A stretch of DNA of 64,000 bases from an uncultured Rhodobiaceae bacterium. GTDB lineage: Bacteria; Pseudomonadota; Alphaproteobacteria; RS24. The translations under genes were made by a program, and so were the position numbers. The stretch covers positions 5,587 through 69,586 of the forward strand of contig CAWVRH010000010.1 in the NCBI GenBank assembly GCA_963932545.1, given 5' to 3'. Below the pieces are notes generated by a model. It was not told where the DNA came from and made no database searches. It was given only the letters and a program-made list of their open reading frames with translations. Below are positions 54,820 through 64,000 of this stretch, piece after piece (position 1 is the stretch's first letter; the number at the start of each line of letters is the position of its first letter).

Positions 54820-56313
54820 ATGATTGCCGATTTCATCCGTATTTTGCGCGCTGCCGATATTCAAGTGTCGCCAGCCGAAGCGATTGATGCGGCGGCGGTG
54901 ATTGAGGAAATGGGCATTGGCGAGCGTCGTTTGCTGAAACATGCGCTGGGTCATACTTTGGCCAAAACGCAGTTTGAGAAACAGGCTTTCGACGAATGTT
55001 TCGATGTCTATTTCAAGCCGCCCGAGATGGATATGGGCGAGGCTGCGGCTACACCCGATAGTCCCGACGCGGAGGCGCCCGAACAAGACACGCCATCGCA
55101 AGATGGGGCAGGCGACGCCACAGATGCGGATGCCCCCGATGCGCAAGAGGGCCAGACAGGCGACCAGCCTGGAGACCCGACTGGGGAGGCCAAGAAAAAC
55201 AGCAAAAAATCGGGCGACCCTGCCAACGATAAAAACGACGAGGGCGAAGCGGAAGCAGAGGTTTCGTCTCTCATCGATATGTTGACCCAAAAAGATACCG
55301 CCGCCTTGCAAGCGGCTATCACGCAAGCGTCGCAAAAAGTTGGGCTGGCGGACGCCAAATTATTCACGCAGCAGGGCATGTTTTCGCGCCGCATTATGGA
55401 ATCCATGGGGCTGTCTCAGCTCGACGCGCATATTCGTCAATTAGAAGACGAGGGCCAGACCGGCAAAGCCGATGGCTTGCGCGAAGGGCGCGGGCAATTG
55501 TTTGAAGCTGTATTTGATTTTGTCGAACGCCAAATCGCCATGCGAACCAAAAATGCAGGACGCTTGTTGCGCGAGGATGCTTTGTCGCGCATTCGCCTAT
55601 CCAACCTCGACCGCTCGGACATGAAAATTATGCGCGGGCTTATTCAACGCCTCGCCAAGCGATTGGCTTCGCGCCACTCACGCCAACGCAAGAAATCGCG
55701 TCGCGGCATGCTCGATATTCGCCGCACCATGCGCCGCAATGTGGCCTATGACGGAAATCTGTTTGAGCTATCTTGGCGCCGTACCAAGGTTGAGCGGCCT
55801 AAACTTCTGGTCTTATGCGATGTATCGGGTTCCGTGGCAGCCGTGTCTCAGTTCTTCTTGATGTTTCTCTATAGTCTCGATGAGGTGATGCCCAAGACGA
55901 GAAGTTTTGTTTTCTCCAATCGGGCTGGTGAAATATCCGACATGATGCGCGAAGGCGATATGGATCAGGTGATGGAAAAAGCCCTGCGCGAGTTTGGCGG
56001 CGGCTCTACCGACTATGGCATGTCAATGATGGATTTTGCGGAAGCGACGCTCGACACCATCGACCACCGCACGACGGTGATGATTTTGGGCGATGCCCGC
56101 TCAAATTATGGCGACCCAGGACACTTGGTTTTAAAAGAAATGCACGAGCGCGCGCGCCGTGTGATTTGGCTGAACCCAGAAGGCGAAAGCAGTTGGGACA
56201 CTGGCGATAGCGAGATGAAACGCCTTGGCGCCTATTGCACGCACAAGCAGGTTTGCAACTCGGTCAAACATGTTGAACGCGTGTTAGACGATTTATTGCG
56301 GTTGAGCGCCTAA
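54820..56313 (+). CDS. VWA-domain protein (CoxE-like) with an acidic low-complexity insert
   Basis: C-terminal VWA domain with MIDAS DVSGS. The CoxE-like N-terminus is interrupted by a region rich in D, E, P, A and G. Confidence 0.75.
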   Translation: MIADFIRILRAADIQVSPAEAIDAAAVIEEMGIGERRLLKHALGHTLAKTQFEKQAFDECFDVYFKPPEMDMGEAAATPDSPDAEAPEQDTPSQDGAGDATDADAPDAQEGQTGDQPGDPTGEAKKNSKKSGDPANDKNDEGEAEAEVSSLIDMLTQKDTAALQAAITQASQKVGLADAKLFTQQGMFSRRIMESMGLSQLDAHIRQLEDEGQTGKADGLREGRGQLFEAVFDFVERQIAMRTKNAGRLLREDALSRIRLSNLDRSDMKIMRGLIQRLAKRLASRHSRQRKKSRRGMLDIRRTMRRNVAYDGNLFELSWRRTKVERPKLLVLCDVSGSVAAVSQFFLMFLYSLDEVMPKTRSFVFSNRAGEISDMMREGDMDQVMEKALREFGGGSTDYGMSMMDFAEATLDTIDHRTTVMILGDARSNYGDPGHLVLKEMHERARRVIWLNPEGESSWDTGDSEMKRLGAYCTHKQVCNSVKHVERVLDDLLRLSA

Positions 56314-56316
56314 GCT

Positions 56317-57735
56317 TTAGCGCGGCAGGACGCTCTCGCCCATCAAGAAGAAGTCGACCTCGCGGGCGCATTGACGACCCTCGCGAATGGCCCAAACCAC
56401 CAGCGATTGACCGCGACGCATATCGCCACAAGCAAAGATTTTTTTGCGGGAGCTTTCGTAGGTAGCCGTGTCCGCCGCCACGTTTCCGCGAGCGTCTTTT
56501 TCCAGATCCAGCTCTTCCACCAAACCATCATGGATTGGGTGAATAAAGCCCATCGCCAAAAGAACCAAATCGGCTTTCAACTCAAACTCGGAACCCGGGA
56601 TGTCTTGCATTTTCTCGTCAACTTTAACGCATTCAAGGGCTGTCACTTTGCCGTCTTCGCCCATCACTTTTTTGGTCAGGACGGAGAAGTCACGAGCCGC
56701 GCCTTCTTCTTGGCTGCTCGAGGTGCGCATTTTCAGCGGCCAATCTGGCCAGGTCATGCCTTTGTCTTCTTTTTCAGGTGGCATCGGCATAATTTCCAGC
56801 TGCGTCACCGAGGTGGCGCCTTGGCGGAAACTTGTGCCAATGCAATCGGAGCCAGTGTCGCCACCGCCGATAACCACAACATGTTTGTCTTTGGCAAGGA
56901 TAGGCTGAATATCGCCTAAGTCTTCTTGCCCGACGCGTCGGTTTTGTTGCGGTAGGAAATCCATCGCGTAATGCACGCCGTCCAGCTCACGACCGGCCAC
57001 TGGCAAATCGCGTGGCACTTCAGAGCCACCCGAAAGAACAAGCGCATCATGTTTGGCTTCTAGCTCGCTGGCCGTTACATCGACACCGACATTGACGCCG
57101 TAATGGAAGGTCACGCCTTCGGCCTGCATTTGCTCGGCGCGGCGGTCGATACTGTGTTTTTCCATTTTGAAATCGGGAATGCCATAGCGCAATAGGCCGC
57201 CAGCTTTCGCGTGTTTTTCATAGACATGCACATCATGTCCCGCGCGTGCCAATTGTTGTGCGGCCGTCATGCCAGCCGGGCCACCGCCAATAATGCCAAC
57301 CGATTTTCCGGTTTTATGATCTGGGATTTTCGGCAAAATCCAGCCTTCTTCCCAGCCGCGGTCGACGATGGCACATTCGACCGACTTAATGGTCACAGGA
57401 TTATCGTCGATGTTCAGCGTGCAGGCCGCCTCGCAAGGGGCGGGGCAAATGCGGCCTGTAAACTCTGGGAAATTATTGGTCGAGTGCAAATTGGCCAAAG
57501 CCGCTTGCCAGTCGCCCGTGTAAACCAAATCGTTCCAATCTGGAATTTGGTTGTTTACCGGACAGCCGTTATGGCAATACGGCACACCGCAATCCATGCA
57601 GCGCGAGGCCTGTTGTTTGAGGTCGGCTTCGTCTAGCGGCACCGTAAATTCGTTGAAGTTTTGTAAACGATCTTGGGTTGGCAAATACGGACGGTCTTGA
57701 CGGTCTAATTCTAGAAACGCGGTTGGTTTACCCAT
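56317..57735 (-). CDS. gltD: glutamate synthase small subunit
   Basis: Start is ATG 57735 ([17 protein letters not shown]), after AGGAGAG. FeS Cys motifs [10 protein letters not shown]. Two GxGxxG motifs. Confidence 0.9.
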   Translation of the reverse strand: MGKPTAFLELDRQDRPYLPTQDRLQNFNEFTVPLDEADLKQQASRCMDCGVPYCHNGCPVNNQIPDWNDLVYTGDWQAALANLHSTNNFPEFTGRICPAPCEAACTLNIDDNPVTIKSVECAIVDRGWEEGWILPKIPDHKTGKSVGIIGGGPAGMTAAQQLARAGHDVHVYEKHAKAGGLLRYGIPDFKMEKHSIDRRAEQMQAEGVTFHYGVNVGVDVTASELEAKHDALVLSGGSEVPRDLPVAGRELDGVHYAMDFLPQQNRRVGQEDLGDIQPILAKDKHVVVIGGGDTGSDCIGTSFRQGATSVTQLEIMPMPPEKEDKGMTWPDWPLKMRTSSSQEEGAARDFSVLTKKVMGEDGKVTALECVKVDEKMQDIPGSEFELKADLVLLAMGFIHPIHDGLVEELDLEKDARGNVAADTATYESSRKKIFACGDMRRGQSLVVWAIREGRQCAREVDFFLMGESVLPR

Positions 57736-57736
57736 T

Positions 57737-60700
57737 TTACTCTCCTGCGGCTGGCTGAACGTGTGCGTCTTGTTCGGCCATTTCATTGAGCGCGCGACGG
57801 TATTCAGTCGGCATGACTTTGTGGAATTTCGGCAGATAAGTTTCCCAATCGGCCAGAATATCCTGCGCACGTTTCGAATTTGTGTAACGCGCATGATTTT
57901 CCAATAGCGTGCGCAGACGCGCGGCGTCTTCACTCAACATATCGGCTTTAAGATTGGTCAGCTTGGTGGTTGCATCGCCCGTAATTGGTTCCAGCTCTAC
58001 CATAGCCATATTGCAGCGGCTTTCGAAATCGCCGGCCTCGTCTAGTACATAAGCGATGCCGCCCGACATGCCAGCAGCAAAGTTGCGGCCAGTTTCGCCA
58101 AGCACAACCACACAGCCGCCTGTCATATATTCGCAGCAATGGTCGCCAGAACCCTCGACAACCGCAATGGCGCCGGAGTTGCGAACGCCAAAGCGTTCGC
58201 CCGCGACGCCGCGGAAATAGCACTCACCATCGACCGCACCGTAAAGCACGGTGTTGCCAACAATAATGCTGTTTTCTGGCACAATGGCGCTTTCAGCTGG
58301 CGGATAAATTGCGATGCGGCCGCCCGATAGACCTTTGCCAACATAGTCATTGGCTTCGCCTTCTAGCTCCAGTGAAATGCCGCGAGCCAAGAACGTGCCA
58401 AAGCTTTGTCCTGCCGTGCCGTTTAATTTAATCGAGATGGTGTCATCTGGAAGACCGGCATGGCCATAGCGCAAGGCCAGCTCGCCCGACAGCATAGTGC
58501 CCGCGGAACGGTCGATATTGCTGATTTTGGTTTCAATCCGCACCGGCGTTTTATCGTCGAGCGCAGGCATGGCCTGTTCGATGAACTTGCGATCCAGAAT
58601 GTCGACAATGGGATGCTCTTGCACTTGCGTGCGGTAAACCGGGCCTTCGCTTTCGATTTTGGTGAACATGCGGGTGAAGTCGAGACCTTCCGCTTTCCAA
58701 TGGTTGAGGGCTTTGCGTGTATCCAGCAAATCACTTTGGCCGATGATGTCATTGATTTTGGTGAAGCCCATTTCAGCCAGTATTTCGCGCACTTCTTCAG
58801 CGATAAAGAAGAAGTAATTAATCACATGCTCCGGCTGGCCGGTGAAACGCTTGCGCAAAGTTTCGTTTTGCGTGGCAATGCCAACGGGGCAAGTATTGAG
58901 ATGGCATTTGCGCATCATGATGCAACCAGCGGCGATGAGCGGTGCGGTCGAGAAGCCAAATTCATCGGCACCGAGAAGCGCGCCAATAATCACGTCGCGA
59001 CCCGTGCGCAAGCCGCCATCAACTTGCACGGCAATGCGCGAGCGCAAGTCATTCAGCACCAAAGTCTGGTGGGTTTCGGCCAAGCCGATTTCCCATGGGC
59101 TGCCTGCGTGTTTGATAGAGGTGAGCGGGCTGGCGCCTGTGCCACCTTCAAAACCAGAAATCGTGACATGGTCAGCGCGCGCTTTCGATACGCCAGCGGC
59201 AACCGTGCCAACACCCACTTCAGATACTAGTTTCACCGACACATCGGCGCGTGGGTTGGCATTTTTCAGATCGAAAATAAGCTGAGCTAAATCTTCGATA
59301 GAATAAATATCATGGTGCGGTGGCGGTGAGATTAGGCCTACACCTGGCGTCGAGTGACGCACAGCCGCAATGCGCTGGTCTACTTTGTGACCTGGCAATT
59401 GGCCGCCCTCGCCGGGCTTGGCGCCCTGTGCCATTTTGATTTGAATCATATCCGAATTGGCCAAATATTCCGCCGTCACGCCAAACCGGCCAGACGCCAC
59501 TTGCTTGATGGCCGAGCGTTTGCTGTCGCCATTTTCCATCGGCTTGAAGCGGTGGGTTTCTTCGCCGCCTTCGCCTGTGTTGGATTTACCGCCGAGACGG
59601 TTCATCGCCACAGCTAGGGTTTCATGCGCTTCTGGGCTAATCGAGCCAAGCGACATGGCGCCTGTGGCAAAACGTTTAACGATGCTCTCGACGCTTTCGA
59701 CGTCGTCGATGGACACGGGCTTACGGCCTGCGTCTTCTGCCGTACGGATTTTAAACAGACCGCGCAAGGTGAGTAAGTTTTCGTCTTGTTGGTTCACTTG
59801 GCGGGCGTAATCGCGATATTGATCGCGGCTATTGCCGCGCACGGCATGTTGTAGCGCGCCGACTGTGCCTGCGTTCCAGACATGGTCTTCGCCGCGCACG
59901 CGAACGGCATATTCGCCGCCTACGTCTAGCGTGTTGCGAAGCACTTCATCATCGGTAAAAGCGCTGGTGTGACGGCGCACGGTTTCTTCCGCAACTTCGC
60001 CGAGACCAATGCCTTCGATGCTGGTGGCTGTGCCGGTGAAGTAAGCGTCGATAAAGCTTTGCGCTAGGCCAATGGCGTCAAAAATTTGCGCGCCGCAATA
60101 CGACTGATAGGTCGAGATGCCCATTTTGGACATAACTTTGCGCAAGCCCTTGCCAGACGCTTTCACGAACTGGGCATGGCCTTGTTCGCGGGTCAGGTCG
60201 AGTTCCAAACGCTCCCGCAATTGGTCAACCGTGTCAAAAGCCAGATACGGATTAATCGCCTCGGCACCAAAGCCTGCGAGGCAAGCAAAATGGTGAATTT
60301 CGCGCGCTTCGCCGGTTTCAATCACGAGACCCGCAGATGTGCGAAGCCCTTTGCGAATGAGGTGGTGATGCACAGCCGCCGTTGCCAATAGGGCAGGCAC
60401 CGCAATGCGGCTCTGGCTGGTGGCGCGGTCGGATAAGACGATGATGTTTTCATGGCCGTTGGAAATGGCAGCCTCGGCTTCGTCGCATAAGGCGTCGAGG
60501 CGCGCTTTCAGGCCCTTGGTGCCTTCTTCGGCGGCCCACGTCATGTCCAAAGTGATGGCATGGAAGTCATTGTCTTTAATGTCGGAGATGCGACGGATTT
60601 TTTCCAAATCATCATTCGACAAAATAGGTTGAGCCACCTCGAGACGCTTGACGCCTGAAGAGCCTTCCAAATCTAGCAAGTTCGGGCGCGGCCCAATGAA

Positions 60701-62386
60701 AGACACCAAAGACATCACCAGCTCTTCGCGGATGGGGTCGATGGGGGGATTGGTCACTTGCGCGAAAATCTGTTTGAAATAGGTGTAAAGCGGCTTCGAT
60801 TTATTCGACAAAGCCGATGGCGGTGTATCCGTGCCCATCGAGCCCGTGCCTTCTTCGCCATTGGCCAACATGGGGGTGATGAGGAATTTCAAATCTTCTT
60901 GGCTATAGCCAAAAGCGCGCTGCTGCTCGAGCAGGGACATTTGGGAGTGCACATGCGCTTCGCCTTTAGGCGCTGGCAATTCTTCGAGTTTGATTTGCGC
61001 GCGCGCCAGCCATTCGGCGTAAGGGTGCGAGCCAGATAGGTCTGCTTTAATCTCGGCATCGGAAATAATGCGGCCTTCTTCGAGGTCGATAAGCAGCATG
61101 CGGCCAGGTTGGAGGCGCCATTTTTCAATGATTTTTTCTTCCGCCGCAGGCAGAACGCCCATTTCGGAAGCCATGACCACGCGGTCATCGGAGGTTACAT
61201 AATAACGTGCCGGACGCAGACCATTACGGTCGAGCGTTGCGCCGATTTGGCGACCGTTCGAAAAAGCCACGGCGGCGGGGCCATCCCATGGCTCCATCAG
61301 GGCCGCGTTATATTCGTAAAATGCGCGACGGTCTTCGTCCATCAAAGGATTGCCGGCCCAAGCTTCTGGGATCAGCATCATCATGGCGTGAGCTGGCGAA
61401 TAGCCGCCCATCACGAGAAGTTCGAGCGCGTTGTCAAAGCTCGCGCTGTCGGATTGACCGCCTTCGATGAGCGGCCAGAGTTTTTCTAGGTCATCGCCCA
61501 ATAGTTCAGACGCCAAAGTTTTATGGCGTGCGGCCATCCAGTTTACATTGCCGCGCACGGTGTTGATTTCGCCATTGTGGCAAATCATGCGGAAGGGCTG
61601 CGATAGCGACCACGTCGGGAAAGTGTTGGTAGAGAAGCGTTGGTGAACCAGCGCCATGGCCGAGACGGTGTCGGGGTCGCGCAAGTCATCATAAAACGGG
61701 CCGAGCTGGCTCGACAAAAGCAGGCCTTTATAAAGCACTGTGTAGCAAGACATCGAGGGGATGTAGAAGAAGTCTTTGGCTTCTGGCATAGCGGCGGCAG
61801 ATACCGACAATTCGATTAAGCGGCGGATGACAAACAGGCCGCGCTCGAAAGCCATTTGGTCTTCGCCTTTAGCGTTGGCGATGAAGACTTGGCGGATAAC
61901 CGGCTCGGTTGGAACGATGGAATAGCCGAGGTCGGAGTTATCGACCGGCACATCGCGCCAGCCCAAAAAGGTGTGTCCTTCTTCGGTGATTTTGGCTTCG
62001 ACGGTTTTTTCAATCGTCGCGCGCGTGCTGTCGTCCGGCGGCAAGAAGAACATACCGACGCCATATTGGCCTTCGGCTGGAAGCGTGATGTCGATGGCGG
62101 CTGTTACTTTGCGCATAAAAGCGTCTGGCATTTGAATGAGCATGCCCACGCCGTCACCGGCTTTCGGGTCGGCGCCTACGGCACCGCGGTGTTCTAGGTT
62201 TTCCAGAATGGTCAGGCCATCGCGCACGATATCGTGGCTTTTGACGTTTTTAATATGCGCGACAAAACCAATGCCACAAGCGTCGTGCTCGTTGGCCGGA
62301 TTATACAAACCTTGGGCTGCGGGCAGGCCATTGCGTACGGCTTTTCCGTTTGCGGATTTGGTCATATTTTTAGGCTGCTTTGTCAT
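57737..62386 (-). CDS. gltB: glutamate synthase large subunit
   Basis: 1549 aa. N-terminal amidotransferase Cys in HDACGIGF, plus FMN and 3Fe-4S regions and the C-terminal GXGXG domain. Confidence 0.95.
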   Translation of the reverse strand: MTKQPKNMTKSANGKAVRNGLPAAQGLYNPANEHDACGIGFVAHIKNVKSHDIVRDGLTILENLEHRGAVGADPKAGDGVGMLIQMPDAFMRKVTAAIDITLPAEGQYGVGMFFLPPDDSTRATIEKTVEAKITEEGHTFLGWRDVPVDNSDLGYSIVPTEPVIRQVFIANAKGEDQMAFERGLFVIRRLIELSVSAAAMPEAKDFFYIPSMSCYTVLYKGLLLSSQLGPFYDDLRDPDTVSAMALVHQRFSTNTFPTWSLSQPFRMICHNGEINTVRGNVNWMAARHKTLASELLGDDLEKLWPLIEGGQSDSASFDNALELLVMGGYSPAHAMMMLIPEAWAGNPLMDEDRRAFYEYNAALMEPWDGPAAVAFSNGRQIGATLDRNGLRPARYYVTSDDRVVMASEMGVLPAAEEKIIEKWRLQPGRMLLIDLEEGRIISDAEIKADLSGSHPYAEWLARAQIKLEELPAPKGEAHVHSQMSLLEQQRAFGYSQEDLKFLITPMLANGEEGTGSMGTDTPPSALSNKSKPLYTYFKQIFAQVTNPPIDPIREELVMSLVSFIGPRPNLLDLEGSSGVKRLEVAQPILSNDDLEKIRRISDIKDNDFHAITLDMTWAAEEGTKGLKARLDALCDEAEAAISNGHENIIVLSDRATSQSRIAVPALLATAAVHHHLIRKGLRTSAGLVIETGEAREIHHFACLAGFGAEAINPYLAFDTVDQLRERLELDLTREQGHAQFVKASGKGLRKVMSKMGISTYQSYCGAQIFDAIGLAQSFIDAYFTGTATSIEGIGLGEVAEETVRRHTSAFTDDEVLRNTLDVGGEYAVRVRGEDHVWNAGTVGALQHAVRGNSRDQYRDYARQVNQQDENLLTLRGLFKIRTAEDAGRKPVSIDDVESVESIVKRFATGAMSLGSISPEAHETLAVAMNRLGGKSNTGEGGEETHRFKPMENGDSKRSAIKQVASGRFGVTAEYLANSDMIQIKMAQGAKPGEGGQLPGHKVDQRIAAVRHSTPGVGLISPPPHHDIYSIEDLAQLIFDLKNANPRADVSVKLVSEVGVGTVAAGVSKARADHVTISGFEGGTGASPLTSIKHAGSPWEIGLAETHQTLVLNDLRSRIAVQVDGGLRTGRDVIIGALLGADEFGFSTAPLIAAGCIMMRKCHLNTCPVGIATQNETLRKRFTGQPEHVINYFFFIAEEVREILAEMGFTKINDIIGQSDLLDTRKALNHWKAEGLDFTRMFTKIESEGPVYRTQVQEHPIVDILDRKFIEQAMPALDDKTPVRIETKISNIDRSAGTMLSGELALRYGHAGLPDDTISIKLNGTAGQSFGTFLARGISLELEGEANDYVGKGLSGGRIAIYPPAESAIVPENSIIVGNTVLYGAVDGECYFRGVAGERFGVRNSGAIAVVEGSGDHCCEYMTGGCVVVLGETGRNFAAGMSGGIAYVLDEAGDFESRCNMAMVELEPITGDATTKLTNLKADMLSEDAARLRTLLENHARYTNSKRAQDILADWETYLPKFHKVMPTEYRRALNEMAEQDAHVQPAAGE

Positions 62387-62778
62387 CGCGCTGCCATCCT
62401 CATTCTAGGCTCCAGTGGAGCGACGCGCGCCCTAAAGGCCGATTTGATTCTCGGCCTTGAGCGCAGTGTGAAACTTTTAAAATGTTCCCTCATTTGGGAA
62501 CAATGGCGTTTGTCTGCAGACTTGCCGAAGCAACCCGCCCGACGGGCAGCCAAAGGCTTTCGCCAGTGAGTGCATAATATAGGCGCAAGCAGGGTAAGAT
62601 TTCAAGCAAATTGGTCAGCTATATTGACCTAATTTTTCATCTATTCACATGGTTGAAACAAGAAGAATGGCAGTTTTCTGGGTTTCTTTGGAAAGGCCAG
62701 ACCCGCGCCGCATGGTCGCACGAGGAGGGGTCGCATGATGGGGGCGCACGCACGAGGAGCGGGCGCGGCGCAAAATGG

Positions 62779-63684
62779 CTATCGGTTGAAAAACTGCGCC
62801 ATATTTTTTAACGCCGCTTGGGCTTCGGGCACGAAGCCATGCGCTATTTGAAACACATGCGGCATGCCATCCCAAATTTCCAACTCGGCTTTTACGCCAG
62901 CTTTTTTGGCCTTCTTGACCAAACTGTTGCTGTCGTCAAAAAGCACTTCTTCCGTGCCAACTTGCACGAACATCGGTGGCAGGCCTTTTAAGTCGGCAAA
63001 AAGTGGAGAAATTAGCGGGTTCTTTTTATCCTGATTGGCGCAGTAAAAATCGATCGCTTCGGGAATCGATTTGGCGTCAATCATCGGGTCGCGGTCATAG
63101 CGCTCGGTGTAAGATTTGCCAGAACTGGTGAGATCTGTCCATGGGGAGAGAAGCGCCACGGCGCGCGGTTGCGCTTTGCCATGTTCGCGCAGTTTTTGTA
63201 CCAAAGCGAGGCTCAGACCGCCGCCAGCGCTATCGCCAGCCAGCAACATAGTGTCGGCCTTGACGCCTTGCTCGATTAAAAAATCATAGGCCGCTTCCGC
63301 ATCTTCAATCGCTGCCGGATATGGGTTTTCGGGGGCTAGGCGATAATCAATCATGAGGGCGCGAATATTCGCCAGCTTGCAGAGTTTTTTAACCATTGAG
63401 CGATGGGTTTCGACGCTGCCGAAAAAATATCCGCCACCATGTAAATATAACAGCGTTTGCGTGGCCACTTTGGAACCAACCCATTCGCCGCTTATTTCGC
63501 CGTCTGAATTACCGATGGTAACTTTTTCGCCGACTTGGTTATTGCGCAAAAGCTTGCCCAATAAACCACCGCCATCGGCTTCGCGTTTGCGAGCCATCGC
63601 AAGCCCTTGGGCGCCTGTGAGGCCGCTTTGGCGGACCATACGACGTAAAAACCGATTGAAAATTCTTGCTCGAATACTCGCCAT
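62779..63684 (-). CDS. alpha/beta hydrolase, HSL-type (family IV) esterase/lipase
   Basis: HGGG oxyanion motif (LHGGGYFFG) and nucleophile elbow GDSAGG. SD AGGAGG lies 5 nt upstream. Confidence 0.85.
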   Translation of the reverse strand: MASIRARIFNRFLRRMVRQSGLTGAQGLAMARKREADGGGLLGKLLRNNQVGEKVTIGNSDGEISGEWVGSKVATQTLLYLHGGGYFFGSVETHRSMVKKLCKLANIRALMIDYRLAPENPYPAAIEDAEAAYDFLIEQGVKADTMLLAGDSAGGGLSLALVQKLREHGKAQPRAVALLSPWTDLTSSGKSYTERYDRDPMIDAKSIPEAIDFYCANQDKKNPLISPLFADLKGLPPMFVQVGTEEVLFDDSNSLVKKAKKAGVKAELEIWDGMPHVFQIAHGFVPEAQAALKNMAQFFNR

Positions 63685-63850
63685 AATGGCCTCCTAGTTG
63701 CCCTTAACTCTACCCGAGTGCTTTCAATAAGCAACCTAAATGCAGAAAAAAGAGCCGGCCTAAAACCCGACCGCGCAAACAGGCGGGAGGAACCTGAAAG
63801 CGCGGCCGGGGTCTTGGTCGTTATGCGTTTTCCAAAGGCTGTTGGAGGGG

Positions 63851-64000
63851 TTAGGCAGCCTTTAGGGTTTTTGCAATATTGATTTTACGCGCCCGTTCGG
63901 CTTCGGGGATTTCGCGCTCTAAAGCAATATGCAACAGGCCTTTATCCAGCTCGGCATGGACGACTTTTACGTTTTCGGCCAATTGAAAGCAGCGCTCGAA
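63851..64000 (-). CDS. C-terminal fragment of an Hsp20/alpha-crystallin small heat-shock protein (gene continues right of the window)
   Basis: The minus strand reads [49 protein letters not shown]. The pattern A.L..GLL.I.L.RE.PE matches the IbpA/Hsp20 C-terminus. Confidence 0.55.
   Translation of the reverse strand, partial: FERCFQLAENVKVVHAELDKGLLHIALEREIPEAERARKINIAKTLKAA

Noticed and set aside
54358-55335. A 325-aa ORF antisense across the MoxR/VWA junction
   Set aside because: It spans two well-supported sense genes and their intergenic spacer. The open frame comes from the low-complexity acidic-insert DNA.
58460-59230. A 256-aa plus-strand ORF inside gltB
   Set aside because: It is antisense to the unambiguous 1549-aa glutamate synthase gene.
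62570-62600. A dif-like XerCD site (GTGCATAATATAGGCG)
   Set aside because: Only one arm resembles dif. There is no matching second arm at the correct spacing.

Overview
The window is a gene-dense chromosomal segment with about 55 protein genes, one tRNA and one riboswitch. I found no transposase, integrase, phage gene, CRISPR array or rRNA. The tRNA-His has no encoded G-1, a G1:U72 pair and A73. Together with many TonB-dependent receptors and Phe-terminated porins, this suggests a marine alphaproteobacterium of the Rhizobiales/Rhodobacterales/Caulobacterales-type clade (inference; no search was run).

Contents from left to right:
- An RND exporter at the left edge.
- An acyl-CoA, aldehyde and ketone catabolic cluster: mmsA, a Baeyer-Villiger monooxygenase, a serine hydrolase, a crotonase and prpE.
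- A DUF3604, parvulin and HupE-like module.
- An FGGY kinase plus crotonase operon.
- MBL, HIT and SDR genes facing an operon of DUF2256, an FeS-type photolyase and an 84-aa Cys/His protein.
- Aldehyde dehydrogenase and ivd, an orphan Fe-type ABC permease, and tRNA-His.
- Two porin paralogues, one carrying an in-frame stop.
- A TetR-linked set of RND exporter, LolA-like protein, beta-barrel and MFS transporter.
- An ECF sigma factor, anti-sigma factor and periplasmic sensor.
- A haloalkane dehalogenase.
- A cobalamin-riboswitch uptake locus with a leaderless binding protein and a degenerate ABC ATPase.
- msrA, galU, kpsF, mltB, a MoxR/VWA pair, gltBD, an esterase and an Hsp20 fragment.

No canonical defence or mobile system is visible. 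The best candidates for an undescribed system are:
1. The coupled DUF3604, parvulin and long-HupE periplasmic module.
2. The TetR-controlled RND, LolA-like, barrel and MFS envelope module.
3. The non-canonical parts of the B12 locus.
4. The photolyase mini-operon.

All family calls come from motif recognition by eye. RNA structures were folded by hand. No database search or computation was run.
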